The position numbers and the translations under genes were made by a program. Positions 1-9,701 of a stretch of 64,000 nucleotides of DNA are shown in pieces; the first letter of the stretch is position 1, and each line of letters starts with the position of its first letter. Under the pieces are notes generated by a model. It ran no database searches, had not been told where the DNA came from, and saw only the letters and a program-made list of their open reading frames with translations. Origin of the DNA: a virus. Where the stretch lies: IMG/VR virus record IMGVR_UViG_3300005533_000009, positions 17,269 to 81,268 of that record; one strand, 5' to 3'.

Positions 1-580
1 TAGAGAGTGGGCTAACTTGCTAGCTAAAAGTTGTAAGTTGCCATTTTCTACTCCTGAGTATCCTACAGGCTATCCAGTAAAATTAAAAGCTATTTACTTC
101 TCTCACGAAAAGTTTAATAGACAGATGGATGGTTTTGGACATACTCCAGCCGATGAGTATTCTCGTTCACTTAGAGAAGTTGGATTACCTCCAGTTACTA
201 GAGGCACGCAAGATCGTATCGGATCAGCCTCATTGATGTATAACTTACTAAAGAACGGTGAGTTAGTAATCCTTGATACTTGCAAAGATATTATAACTGC
301 AATTCCTACATTAATGCGTGATCCTGATTTGATGGATGACGTTTTGAAGACCAGTGCTAAAGGCGACGACTGTTATGACGGTTTTAGGCTAGGTCTTTAT
401 GGAATGCTAGCGTCTAAACGACAACCAAGAGAAGAATTATTGATGGCACACGCTGAAACTCTTGATCCTCTGGCTAAACATTTTTATTTAATGAAATTAG
501 CAGCGGAACAAGCAAACAGAAGTACAGTGTTCACTCAGACAAAAGAGCCAGTGTGGGTAAGCAAGTTAAATAATAGTTAG
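1..580 (+). CDS. Terminase large subunit, C-terminal nuclease region (partial, frame open to window start)
   Basis: GDDCYDGFRLGL resembles the terminase DH/DxxDAxRY motif; lies upstream of portal-like gene. Confidence 0.7.
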   Translation, partial: REWANLLAKSCKLPFSTPEYPTGYPVKLKAIYFSHEKFNRQMDGFGHTPADEYSRSLREVGLPPVTRGTQDRIGSASLMYNLLKNGELVILDTCKDIITAIPTLMRDPDLMDDVLKTSAKGDDCYDGFRLGLYGMLASKRQPREELLMAHAETLDPLAKHFYLMKLAAEQANRSTVFTQTKEPVWVSKLNNS

Positions 581-592
581 TAGTATGATTTT

Positions 593-665
593 ATCAAAAG
601 CCTAATTAACTTTTGATTGTTACACGGTGGGGAGTGCCGACACACTCCTCACTAACTTTTGTCGG
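593..665 (+). promoter_or_regulatory. Hairpin + SD-proximal pseudoknot element 1
   Basis: ATCAAAAG-cctaattaa-CTTTTGAT; GTGGGGAGTG-ccgaca-CACTCCTCAC; loop pairs with TGTCGG 660-665; ATG 674. Confidence 0.8.
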
Positions 666-673
666 AAAGAAAA

Positions 674-1183
674 ATGAATAAATTTTATTGTTATTTTTGG
701 CTACGTGAAGATGGTACCCCTTATTATGTGGGAAAGGGCACAAGACATCGAGCATACACAAAGTATTTTCATTGCTCTGATGTACCTAAAGACAAATCTA
801 GAATTATAATACAATATTATAATTCGGAAGAAGAGGCTTTAGAAGCAGAGGTATTCTTTATAGAATACTTTGGAAGATTAGATTTAAATACGGGTATATT
901 ACGAAATTTGACCAATGGAGGTGATAACCCTCCACGCTATAAAGGCAAGAATAAAAAAGCGCAATGTCATCCCGATAGAAAACATAAAGCCTTAGGATTA
1001 TGCCAACTCTGCTATAAAGACAAGTGGAGAAGAACAGCAGGAATACCTAAGAGAGAATTAAAAACACACTGCATTCATGGTCATCCTTTAGATGATCAAA
1101 ATACATACATATTAAATGGCGTAAGACGTTGTAAAAGATGTATGCATAGATACTATATCAACCGTAAGATGCGTGAGCAATAG
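674..1183 (+). CDS. GIY-YIG homing endonuclease-like protein with C-terminal HCxxGH...CxxC module
   Basis: FYCYFWLREDGTPYYVGKG and LRNLTNGG motifs; ATG 674 preferred over TTG 659. Confidence 0.8.
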   Translation: MNKFYCYFWLREDGTPYYVGKGTRHRAYTKYFHCSDVPKDKSRIIIQYYNSEEEALEAEVFFIEYFGRLDLNTGILRNLTNGGDNPPRYKGKNKKAQCHPDRKHKALGLCQLCYKDKWRRTAGIPKRELKTHCIHGHPLDDQNTYILNGVRRCKRCMHRYYINRKMREQ

Positions 1184-1196
1184 GACTCAGAAAAAG

Positions 1197-1664
1197 ATGG
1201 GTAGACCAAAAGGTTTGAGAAAAAACAAAGAAACAGGCGAATGGTATATGAAAAATACCACTAAGAAGAAAGCCAAAAATAAAAAGGTTGAAAAATCAAA
1301 CCTTTTGGACTCATTTTCAGAAAAGCTTATAGATAGACTAGAAACAGACCTCGTAATGCTGCGCCAAGATTATGAAAGACGCTTGCAAGATAAGGACGTA
1401 GTTATAGCCAATCTAAGAGAAGAAAAGCAACAGCTAATATCTAAAGTTGCTCTCTATGAATTAACCATTTTACCCCGCGCATCCGTACAGGGTGCCGAGG
1501 TGGTAGCGTATCAGAAGCCTACAAAGCCTACCTTTTCAGCTAAAGATTTTCTATCCAATCCTCCTATCATGACTAGATGGCAGCAATTGAATCAACAGCA
1601 TGAAGAGCAGATGAAAGCAGAAGATGAAGCGGAAAAGGCTGCTAAACAAGATTCTCAAGGATAA
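1197..1664 (+). CDS. Hypothetical coiled-coil protein
   Basis: ORF track 1173..1664; ATG 1197 is the likely start. Confidence 0.5.
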   Translation: MGRPKGLRKNKETGEWYMKNTTKKKAKNKKVEKSNLLDSFSEKLIDRLETDLVMLRQDYERRLQDKDVVIANLREEKQQLISKVALYELTILPRASVQGAEVVAYQKPTKPTFSAKDFLSNPPIMTRWQQLNQQHEEQMKAEDEAEKAAKQDSQG

Positions 1665-1667
1665 ATT

Positions 1668-2141
1668 ATGGCATTTCAAACAGCAGACAAGCAGAAAACA
1701 TTTGGTTCACGTTTTCGTCAGAAAAAGTATGATCAGCACCACCCAGCCGAAGAAGAAGGTTCAATGAAGAAAATGGCTCCTGACCATGAAAAGCAGGAGT
1801 CTCCAGAATTTGAAGCGGGTGAACAAGAAGGTCAAGTTGAAGGTTCCGATGAGATGAATCAAAATGAGGCACCTCAGTCAGTAGTAGGAGCCCATGGTAA
1901 AGCAACCAGCGTTCATGTAGCCCATGATCACGGTGCAAACCAACATCACGTAACCTCAACTCATGCCGATGGTCACGTACATAAGAGTTCACATGCATCA
2001 TCTAAGGATGCTCATCAAGCCGCAGGTATGCTAGGTGGAGCAGAAGAAAACCCTGCTGAGCAAAATCCAGAAGACGCTATGCTAGGCGGCGAACCAGAAG
2101 GCCCAGAGTCTGATGGTTTTAGAATGCCTAGATTGGCTTAA
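1668..2141 (+). CDS. Hypothetical acidic, His-rich protein
   Basis: ORF with AAGGA RBS; His cluster HVAHDHGANQHHVTSTH. Confidence 0.55.
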   Translation: MAFQTADKQKTFGSRFRQKKYDQHHPAEEEGSMKKMAPDHEKQESPEFEAGEQEGQVEGSDEMNQNEAPQSVVGAHGKATSVHVAHDHGANQHHVTSTHADGHVHKSSHASSKDAHQAAGMLGGAEENPAEQNPEDAMLGGEPEGPESDGFRMPRLA

Positions 2142-2308
2142 TGCCATTTGCATCGAAGGCGCAGCAAAGATATCTCCACGCTCATCCTGAAAAGGTAGGT
2201 GGAGAGTCTGCTCTTAAAGAATGGGATAGTGCCACCGATTTTTCCCATCTTCCAGAGAGAAAAGATAAAAAGTTTAGCTACGCCAAGAAAAAGAAAAAGG
2301 AAGAATAG
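2141..2308 (+). CDS. Small protein MPFASKAQQRYLHAH... (55 aa, absent from ORF track)
   Basis: TAATG overlap with upstream stop; own TAG stop abuts the next ATG at 2309. Confidence 0.7.
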   Translation: MPFASKAQQRYLHAHPEKVGGESALKEWDSATDFSHLPERKDKKFSYAKKKKKEE

Positions 2309-2515
2309 ATGGCTACTGGACTTGGACATAAGTGGGCACAAAAAGCAACAAAGAAGATGAAAGAAAAGGGAACGGAAGGTTCTCTTACTCGTGCTGCACA
2401 TTCAGCAGGGTACGATTCTCCTTTAGAGTATGCTCACCATATTAAGTCTCATAAAGACGAATATTCCGGTAAGATGCGTAAAAAGGCGAATTTCGCCGCG
2501 AACATTAACGCTTAA
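2309..2515 (+). CDS. Small basic hypothetical protein
   Basis: Coupled ORF ending RKKANFAANINA. Confidence 0.6.
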   Translation: MATGLGHKWAQKATKKMKEKGTEGSLTRAAHSAGYDSPLEYAHHIKSHKDEYSGKMRKKANFAANINA

Positions 2516-2520
2516 AGTTT

Positions 2521-2581
2521 GCTGTCAGCCTAATTAACTGATGGCGGGGAGTGCTTACACACTCCCCAAACTCTATGTAAG
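2521..2581 (+). promoter_or_regulatory. Hairpin + SD-proximal pseudoknot element 2
   Basis: GCTGTCAG-cctaattaa-CTGATGGC; GGGGAGTG-cttaca-CACTCCCC; loop pairs with TGTAAG 2576-2581, overlapping AAGGAG. Confidence 0.85.
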
Positions 2582-2591
2582 GAGAGTTGTA

Positions 2592-3044
2592 ATGGTTGTA
2601 GTAAAATGTAAGGGATGTGGTGTAAACATATACACATATCCCAGTGTAAACAGAGTTTATTGTAGTCGTGAATGTAAATCCCTAAATATTAATTGGGGAG
2701 GTGGTAGACCCATTGACCCAACGGCCAAAATTCACGATCCTAACTATCATACTTTTAGGCATTGGAAATTATCTTATAAATTATCTGAGGAAGATATTCT
2801 TAGAAAAATCCAAGAACAAAACGGCGTGTGTCCTATATGTAAACTTCCATTGGTTTTATTTTTGGATGGCAAAGTACAGATTTATATAGACCATGATCAT
2901 TCTTGTTGCCCTAAAAGTAAAACTTGTGGAAAATGTGTTAGAGGCATAATACACATAGGATGCAATATAGGTTTAGGAGCTTTTAAAGACAATGCTACTA
3001 TATGTAGAAACGCCGCAAAATACTTGGAAAATTTTAATAAATAA
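2592..3044 (+). CDS. Endonuclease VII-like (His-Me) homing endonuclease
   Basis: QNGVCPIC...IDHDH...VRGIIHIGCNIGLG; ATG 2592 follows AGGAG. Confidence 0.8.
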   Translation: MVVVKCKGCGVNIYTYPSVNRVYCSRECKSLNINWGGGRPIDPTAKIHDPNYHTFRHWKLSYKLSEEDILRKIQEQNGVCPICKLPLVLFLDGKVQIYIDHDHSCCPKSKTCGKCVRGIIHIGCNIGLGAFKDNATICRNAAKYLENFNK

Positions 3045-3058
3045 TTTAAGGAAGGTAC

Positions 3059-5704
3059 ATGCCCGAAGAATTTAACACAGATGTGCCTTCCAATGCCACA
3101 GATGTTGCTTCTCCTATACAACCAGAAAAACCAGAAGACAGTCCTATTGGAGTTTATGCTTCATTTGACTATAGCCCTGAACCTTTCGCAGAGTTGTCAG
3201 AAGAAGCTAAGAATGCGTTGGTGCAGCTAGATAACGTCGCTACAAAGACAGACGTGGCTGCACGCAGACTTGAAGTAGAACAGGCATGGGAAGCTATACA
3301 TTTTGATCGTGGATACCAACACCTGTTCCGAGGGAAACAGGGAGGGTGGATATTACCGGGAAATAACACCGGATATGGTGCCCAACAACAGCTAGCGAAT
3401 AATGGTATTTATGAAACTAACGTTTACGGACCAAAGGGTGACATTATTGTTGCAGCTTTGTCGCGTGAAGTACCTAAGATAGAATTTTTCCCTGATAACC
3501 CTAATTATGGCCCAGATATCATTGCTGCTGAAGAAGCAGACAATTTTAAAATGATATGGGCAAGAAACAATAATCTACATCAGTTATTGGTAGATGTTTC
3601 TAGAATTTTTTGGAATGAAGACCGTGTATTGCTGTGGACTCGATATGAGTTGAACGGTCAAAAGTACGGGTTTGAAGATGATGATGCAAACGCACCTACA
3701 GTGCCTCAGGATCATCTCACTCCTCCGTCTGCTACACCTACTGGACAAGAAGAACTTGACGAGATTTTAAATCAAACTGAATCATTAGTACAACCAGATA
3801 TCAGTGTAGAAGAGAAGTTAGGGCAAGATGCAGATCAAGCATTAAAGCCTACTCCGGTAATTAACAAAAAACCGCTAGGACGAGAAGTAACGACTGCATA
3901 CGGCAAGTTGGATCATAAAGTCCCTATTGCTGTAGATAATCTATGTGATATGCAGTTTGTTCAGATTTTTGAAGATATTGACTTTGTAATTGCAAGAGCA
4001 AGATACCCTTGGATTGCAGATAAGATTAAGCCATCAGGTAAAAATCAATCTGAATCTGAATTAGATAGAATTGCGCGTGAAAACACTAGACAGGCTGTTT
4101 TAGGAGCCTATGTTACTGGTGATTCATTTGCGAGACATGTCACTGTTACTCATACTTGGTTCAGACCTTCTATGTTTAATGATGACAGCATTGAAGACCA
4201 TGTAAGAGCAGAATTGTTGGAGAATTTCCCAAATGGTTGCTTACTTGTTAAAGTAGGTTCTGAATATGCCTTTTCTAGAAACGAAAGCATGGACGACCAT
4301 ATAGCCATCGCTCATCCTTTCGCTGGCAAAGGCCAAAACAGAAGAGCCATGGGAACTGCTCTTATCTCTGTACAAAAGAGAATTAATGATTGGGTAGATT
4401 TGATGGATGATTTCTTCAAGCGTACAGTGCCTAAGAAATGGTATAACGCAGAAGCTTTCGATATGGAAGCTATGAAGAAGTCGCCTAATACGCCGGGAAC
4501 CTCTGGGCCATTTATGGTTCAGCCGGGACTAACATCTCGTGATCAATACATGTTTGTGGAAGAAACTCCACAACCACAAAATGCTCTTGGTGATTTTATT
4601 AAGTGGTTTATTACCTCTGTTTCAGAAGAAATTTCTGGAGCACTTCCTTCTTTGTTTGGTGCTGCTACTGGTGAAGAAACTGTAGGAAATGCAGTTATTC
4701 AGCGTGATCAGGCTCTACAGAGAGTAGGGTGCCCTTGGAATGCGGTTCAGGATTTGTTTGCAGAAGCTGCTAGACAAGCGGTTAAATGCGCGGCTGAATG
4801 CCGTGACGGTAAGAGTTTTTCTCAGTTGGTAACAACTGGCCCCGATGGGCAAAACAAAAACATTACTGTTAACACTGCCAACCTATCAAAAGGTAAGGTT
4901 CTGTGTTATGCCGAATCTAACCCTGCATTCCCTGAATCATGGCAGCAGAGAGAGCGCAAGCTTCTTGAAATGATAGATACAGCTATGCAACAGCCTGCAC
5001 TAGCTCAATGGTTATTCTCAACAGAGAACCTACCAGTATTGGCTGACGGTATCAGAATGAAAGACTTCAAGATACCGGGAGCAATTTCTGTTACTAAGCA
5101 GAAGAATGAATTTGAAATCCTTTTGCGTAGTGGACCTACAGATAACCCTCAAAAGTTAATGGCCCAGCAACAGATGGAACAAGCTCAACAAGGCTATCAG
5201 CAAGCACAACAAGCTGCGGCTGTGAGTGGTCAACCACTACCTCAAGAAATGCAAGCTGCTCCACAAGTGATGCAGCAATTGCAACAGGCTATTGAAGCTC
5301 TACCTCCTCAGGTAAGCACAGTGCCTATTGCACAAGATGAAAGTGAAAATCATGCGGTTGAAGCCGATGTATGCTTTAGCTGGATGAATAGTAATGAAGG
5401 TCAGAAGTTTAAATTTGGTACACCAGAACAGAAGGAAGCTTACGAAAACGTACACCTTCACTGGCAAGAGCATTTGGCTATGGCAAAGAAGATTGCCGCA
5501 GCTAACGCTAAACCAGAAACTAAACCACCTTCTGAAAGCATAAGCGCCCCAGTAGACAAGATGCCAACTAACGTGGCAATTCAATTGTTGAAGAAAATGA
5601 ATGTAGATGCTACTCCAGAAGATTTTGCTGAGCATCAAAAACAACAATTAAATGATAAAATTGCTGCTAAAAGCATTCCTGATGCTATGAGAGATAACGG
5701 GTAA
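3059..5704 (+). CDS. Portal protein
   Basis: 881 aa between terminase and scaffold/capsid; Q-rich C-terminal region; call rests on synteny and general features. Confidence 0.7.
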   Translation: MPEEFNTDVPSNATDVASPIQPEKPEDSPIGVYASFDYSPEPFAELSEEAKNALVQLDNVATKTDVAARRLEVEQAWEAIHFDRGYQHLFRGKQGGWILPGNNTGYGAQQQLANNGIYETNVYGPKGDIIVAALSREVPKIEFFPDNPNYGPDIIAAEEADNFKMIWARNNNLHQLLVDVSRIFWNEDRVLLWTRYELNGQKYGFEDDDANAPTVPQDHLTPPSATPTGQEELDEILNQTESLVQPDISVEEKLGQDADQALKPTPVINKKPLGREVTTAYGKLDHKVPIAVDNLCDMQFVQIFEDIDFVIARARYPWIADKIKPSGKNQSESELDRIARENTRQAVLGAYVTGDSFARHVTVTHTWFRPSMFNDDSIEDHVRAELLENFPNGCLLVKVGSEYAFSRNESMDDHIAIAHPFAGKGQNRRAMGTALISVQKRINDWVDLMDDFFKRTVPKKWYNAEAFDMEAMKKSPNTPGTSGPFMVQPGLTSRDQYMFVEETPQPQNALGDFIKWFITSVSEEISGALPSLFGAATGEETVGNAVIQRDQALQRVGCPWNAVQDLFAEAARQAVKCAAECRDGKSFSQLVTTGPDGQNKNITVNTANLSKGKVLCYAESNPAFPESWQQRERKLLEMIDTAMQQPALAQWLFSTENLPVLADGIRMKDFKIPGAISVTKQKNEFEILLRSGPTDNPQKLMAQQQMEQAQQGYQQAQQAAAVSGQPLPQEMQAAPQVMQQLQQAIEALPPQVSTVPIAQDESENHAVEADVCFSWMNSNEGQKFKFGTPEQKEAYENVHLHWQEHLAMAKKIAAANAKPETKPPSESISAPVDKMPTNVAIQLLKKMNVDATPEDFAEHQKQQLNDKIAAKSIPDAMRDNG

Positions 5705-5709
5705 AATAT

Positions 5710-5778
5710 TTCAAAGGGTTGCTCCTTTGAACAGGGAAGAGGGTTGCCTAGAACAATCCTCTTTCCGACTTTTCTAGG
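5710..5778 (+). promoter_or_regulatory. Hairpin + SD-proximal pseudoknot element 3
   Basis: TTCAAAGGG-ttgc-TCCTTTGAA; GGGAAGAGGGTTG-cctagaa-CAATCCTCTTTCC; loop pairs with TTCTAGG 5772-5778. Confidence 0.85.
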
Positions 5779-5789
5779 AAGTTATATAA

Positions 5790-6311
5790 ATGGATAAAAG
5801 AATAAAAGCAAAGAGTTTAGTAGGAAAAATATTTGGTAAACTAACGGTTGTATCTAGAGCACCAAATACTCCTAAAAGTCCACAGTGGAATTGTGTATGT
5901 ACCTGTGGAAATAAAGTAGTTGTACCAACACAAAGATTGATAAAAGGTACGTCTAAGAGTTGTGGATGTTTGAGAGAAGTAGATAATGCAGCTTTTACAT
6001 TACTCTTTCGTACTTATAAGTTAAATGCAAGAAAGAAAGACTTAGAATTTAAATTAACAGAAGAGCAATTTAGAAATATTACAAGCTCTAATTGTTATTA
6101 TACAGGAAGAAAGCCCACAAAAACTCTAACAACAGTTAGTGGAGATATTTACAAATATAATGGTATAGATCGTCTAGATAACACACAGGGATATGTTTTA
6201 CATAATTGTGTCCCATGTTGTACAGAGATTAACTATGCCAAACGCACTCTTCCTTTCAAGCAATTTATTGCTTTATGTGCAGAAGTTACAAAACAGCACA
6301 AGCAATTATAA
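5790..6311 (+). CDS. HNH-type homing endonuclease
   Basis: GKIFGKLTV..WNCVCTCG..SKSCGC N-terminus; GIDRLDNTQGYVLHNCVPCC nuclease motif. Confidence 0.8.
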   Translation: MDKRIKAKSLVGKIFGKLTVVSRAPNTPKSPQWNCVCTCGNKVVVPTQRLIKGTSKSCGCLREVDNAAFTLLFRTYKLNARKKDLEFKLTEEQFRNITSSNCYYTGRKPTKTLTTVSGDIYKYNGIDRLDNTQGYVLHNCVPCCTEINYAKRTLPFKQFIALCAEVTKQHKQL

Positions 6312-6333
6312 AGACTCAAGGAGATTCCTTTAA

Positions 6334-7791
6334 ATGGCAGCAGATGTTTTAGATTTTGCTGGACTAGAAGATTCCGCTTCAAGCTCTACAACCGTAGACG
6401 CTAGCGTTGATACAACTTCTACTACGGATACAACTAACGATTCAGACAATGTAGATTCTAGTGTAGATAGTACAGATACTACTGCAACCGACTCAGATAA
6501 AACTACTACGGAAGGTTCTCCTAAGGGAGAAACTAAAGAAGCATCTTCTACAGAAACGGATGATGACTTACCGGGGAATGCTAAAACTCCCGCCGAAGTA
6601 CGTAAGGCATTGAAAGCTTTCCGTGACGCTAATCCAAAAGCAAACGCAGCTTTGGTAAAGCTTATCCATGGAAACTATGAGCGATGGGAAGCTGCTAAGC
6701 AGTACTTTCCAAGTGTTCAGGCCATGGAAGAAGCCAAAGCATTTATTGATTTGGTTGGTGGTCAAGAAGGTTATGATAAACTTCAGAATATTGTTAATAG
6801 TGTGACAGAAAGCGACCGTCTACTTTATGAAGGTGGTCAGAGTCATACTCAATTAATTAACAACATTTATGAAGACATGAAGAGTGAGGGTAAGACTGCT
6901 CAGTTTATTCAGCTAGCAAACCCTATTCTCGATAAGATTAAAGAAGTAGACCCAAAAGGTTATGTTCAAGCATTAACTCCTCACCAAGTATCATTTTTGG
7001 AGCAGGCAAACCTTCCCGGTGTATTGAAGGATTTGTCAGACGCTATTGCTAAAGGTGATGAAGGTTCAATTAAGACTGCAAAGGCTCTTGTTGAAGATAT
7101 TCAGGCGTGGTTTGGTGATCTAAAGAATTCTGTTCAAAAACAGAAAAGCACCCAGTCTGATCCTGAAAGATTGAAGCTTCTAGAAGAACGTGCTCAATTT
7201 GCAAAAGAAAAAGAAGAATTTACTAGTAAGCAAACCAAACAGTTTCAAGAAGCTGTTGGTAAGGAAGTAGATACTACCAGTGCGAAGGCTCTTGGATCAC
7301 ACCTAGGCAACCTTCGTAAGACTCCTTATTTCAAGGCGTTTAAGACTGAAAATCTTCGTCCTCTTGCTAACACTATTCTTTACAACTTGAGACAAGAGTT
7401 GGAAAAAGACAATGCTTACAGAACTCAGATGAAAGCATTGTGGGGAGAAAAGACTCCTAACAAGGAAAAGATTTTAAACTACCACCGTACAAAAGTTGAA
7501 AGTATCGCAGAACGTATTGTTCGTGAAACAGCTAACTCTATGTACCCAGATCATGCGAAGGGTGGTAGTGCAGCGGGACGTATTGCTGCAAAGAATGATA
7601 AGCAAGAAGCTCAAGCAGTTGTAGATAAGGCAGCGGCTTCTGCTGGACAACCACAATATGTGCCTGTAAAGCCTAAGAATCTCAACAGACAAATGGACCC
7701 TAAGGGATATCTGGAAATTGCTGGAAAAGGATATATCCCCAACGGTCGAGGCGGCTGGAAATTTATCACTTGGCGGAAGCCGATGGTGTAA
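6334..7791 (+). CDS. Putative capsid scaffold/assembly protein
   Basis: Acidic low-complexity N-terminus, helical body, between portal and capsid genes. Confidence 0.55.
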   Translation: MAADVLDFAGLEDSASSSTTVDASVDTTSTTDTTNDSDNVDSSVDSTDTTATDSDKTTTEGSPKGETKEASSTETDDDLPGNAKTPAEVRKALKAFRDANPKANAALVKLIHGNYERWEAAKQYFPSVQAMEEAKAFIDLVGGQEGYDKLQNIVNSVTESDRLLYEGGQSHTQLINNIYEDMKSEGKTAQFIQLANPILDKIKEVDPKGYVQALTPHQVSFLEQANLPGVLKDLSDAIAKGDEGSIKTAKALVEDIQAWFGDLKNSVQKQKSTQSDPERLKLLEERAQFAKEKEEFTSKQTKQFQEAVGKEVDTTSAKALGSHLGNLRKTPYFKAFKTENLRPLANTILYNLRQELEKDNAYRTQMKALWGEKTPNKEKILNYHRTKVESIAERIVRETANSMYPDHAKGGSAAGRIAAKNDKQEAQAVVDKAAASAGQPQYVPVKPKNLNRQMDPKGYLEIAGKGYIPNGRGGWKFITWRKPMV

Positions 7792-7796
7792 GATAT

Positions 7797-7871
7797 TTTC
7801 ACTCTTAGCGGGGTGAAATTAAGTAATAGGGGGTTAGCCTCGAACTAGCCCCCTATGAAACTCTTTCGAGG
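7797..7871 (+). promoter_or_regulatory. Hairpin + SD-proximal pseudoknot element 4
   Basis: TTTCACTC-ttagcg-GGGTGAAA; ATAGGGGGTTAG-cctcgaa-CTAGCCCCCTAT; loop pairs with TTCGAGG 7865-7871, overlapping GAGGAG. Confidence 0.85.
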
Positions 7872-7876
7872 AGAGT

Positions 7877-8383
7877 ATGCCTTACAAAGACTCAAATAAA
7901 AATAGAGAATGTAGATTAGCTTGGCAGAAAAGAAATAGGACAAAGGTAAACGCTTATAAAAGAAAGCGTAGAGCCGAAAATTCTGAAGTTAGAGCCAAGG
8001 AATCAAGTTATACAATAGAATACCAACGTAAAAAGTATAAAGAGAATTCAGAGTTTAGACTTAAAGAGTCTTTTAGACACCATAAAAAGCGTCAAGATGA
8101 AAAGGTAGAAGCTCTAGTTCAATATGGTAAAAATAAAAGCTTGCAGTGTTGCTGGGAAAACTGCAATGTAGACGATCCAGACATGCTGTCATTGGATCAC
8201 GTCAATAATGATGGAGCAATAGATAGAGAAATCAGAGGTACTGGAATTAATCTTTACAGAACACTAAAGAAAGAAGGTTATCCAGAAGGATTTCAAACTT
8301 TATGCTTCAATCACCAGATGAAGAAAGAAATGACGCGACTCAGAAACAAATACAAAGATAGCATTAAGGAGAGAATTTTATGA
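7877..8383 (+). CDS. HNH-like homing endonuclease
   Basis: Basic N-terminus; CCWENC...LSLDHVNNDG...FQTLCFNH; paralog of 37869..38315. Confidence 0.75.
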   Translation: MPYKDSNKNRECRLAWQKRNRTKVNAYKRKRRAENSEVRAKESSYTIEYQRKKYKENSEFRLKESFRHHKKRQDEKVEALVQYGKNKSLQCCWENCNVDDPDMLSLDHVNNDGAIDREIRGTGINLYRTLKKEGYPEGFQTLCFNHQMKKEMTRLRNKYKDSIKERIL

Positions 8384-8577
8384 GTGATCCAGTAACAAAT
8401 CGTGCAGGAAAGCCAGTTACCACTGGTGATCAAGTCACAGTAGTAGGAACCGTTGCTTCAGTACCAGGTAGCGGTCCCACTGGTTCTGTTGTAGTAACTC
8501 TTGCCACCACCGGAACTAACGTAACGGTTGAGGGACAAGATGTGTACAACACAACTAACAGCTTAGCTAACGGATAA
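8380..8577 (+). CDS. Small beta-rich protein, paralog of 46239 and 55409
   Basis: GKPVTTGDQVTVVGTV repeat unit. Confidence 0.6.
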   Translation: MSDPVTNRAGKPVTTGDQVTVVGTVASVPGSGPTGSVVVTLATTGTNVTVEGQDVYNTTNSLANG

Positions 8578-9254
8578 TGAAACCTTTTATTTCCATAATA
8601 AGTTGTTTAGATTATGCTAGAAATGGAATTAATCAAGCGGTACGAGACACTTTTCTTTCAAATATTTCTGATGTAGATTATAAATTTTTTTTAGGAGACG
8701 GTACTAAAGTACAGGAATCTGAAAAATTTAAATTTTCTTGGGAAAAGAGAGGCAGTAGGTACACAGATAAACCTACTGATGTAGAATATATATCTTACAC
8801 CCCCCAATTTGATGAGATTATTGTTCCAGTGCCGGATGATTATAAGCACATATCTTTTAAGACTAGAGAAAGTCATAGATGGGCCTTAAATCAAGGCTAT
8901 GATTTTCTCTTTCAATCTTATAGTGATGTGTTAATAGACGTAGAACGTTTATTACAGTCTGGATATGAATCTATGAAGTATTGTGGAGGAGAAAATGGTG
9001 GGGGATATTGGTTAAATAGAGATTCACTTGAAATAACTGCAAATTCAGAAGTTACATCGTGGAATGATGACGGTTGGGTAAGAGACATGTTGGGGAATCA
9101 TGGTATTGATTTAGTGGTTGATCCCAGATATGGAGCTTTTCCAACGTTACCTAAACCAAATAACAATGTGATCACATCGCATTTATGTATTAGTCCAGAA
9201 GTATATACGGCTGATAAGATGTTGACTAGCTATAAACAATCGAAGGAGATTTAA
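8577..9254 (+). CDS. Glycosyltransferase-like protein (GT31/Fringe-like)
   Basis: VRDTFL..YKFFLG..VPDDY..K..WAL..GYDFLF..GGGYWL..DDGWV pattern shared with 19432, 25378, 29631. Confidence 0.6.
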   Translation: MKPFISIISCLDYARNGINQAVRDTFLSNISDVDYKFFLGDGTKVQESEKFKFSWEKRGSRYTDKPTDVEYISYTPQFDEIIVPVPDDYKHISFKTRESHRWALNQGYDFLFQSYSDVLIDVERLLQSGYESMKYCGGENGGGYWLNRDSLEITANSEVTSWNDDGWVRDMLGNHGIDLVVDPRYGAFPTLPKPNNNVITSHLCISPEVYTADKMLTSYKQSKEI

Positions 9255-9255
9255 A

Positions 9256-9576
9256 TTGAAAACTATCACAAAAAGTTTTTCTCATTCATTTGGAGCAGGG
9301 CAGTCTGGTACAAGCGTATCTTTAGCAAGTTTTAATCTACCTACAGGAAATTATATTATTTCTGTGTTTTCTACAGGTGGAGGAAGTGATGCAAGCATCA
9401 GTCTTGATCAAGCGTCTACTTATTACCAATATTACCAAGGCAGTTTTCAACCATCAGTATTTGCTTTAGCAGAACCGGATAGTTCTGGAATTATAAGTTT
9501 TCATATCACAGCTTCTACTAACAATGCTAGCACTACTACCGGAGTTATTGTTATAGAACACGTCGATAATGTGTAA
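9256..9576 (+). CDS. Ser/Thr-rich beta protein, possible capsid decoration
   Basis: TTG start with AAGGAG; composition only. Confidence 0.4.
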   Translation: MKTITKSFSHSFGAGQSGTSVSLASFNLPTGNYIISVFSTGGGSDASISLDQASTYYQYYQGSFQPSVFALAEPDSSGIISFHITASTNNASTTTGVIVIEHVDNV

Positions 9577-9595
9577 AAAGTTTTATGGAGCTACT

Positions 9596-9701
9596 AAGTG
9601 TGGCTCCTTATGCTGTAAAATCTGGTTCAATAGTAGAACGCCCTACGGGGAGAATGAAGGGTGCAAGTCCTTTCAATTTTACAGTATAAAGAACCATACT
9701 T
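9596..9701 (+). ncRNA. tRNA-like structure lacking an anticodon loop, on a long closing stem
   Basis: D-arm-like GTTC-aatagta-GAAC; CCC-tacg-GGG; T-arm-like TGAAGGG-tgcaagt-CCTTTCA; stem 9596-9621/9676-9701. Confidence 0.6.

Noticed and set aside
9615-9685. Functional tRNA gene
   Set aside because: No 7-nt anticodon loop, a non-standard T-stem/acceptor junction and no CCA; kept only as a tRNA-like RNA.
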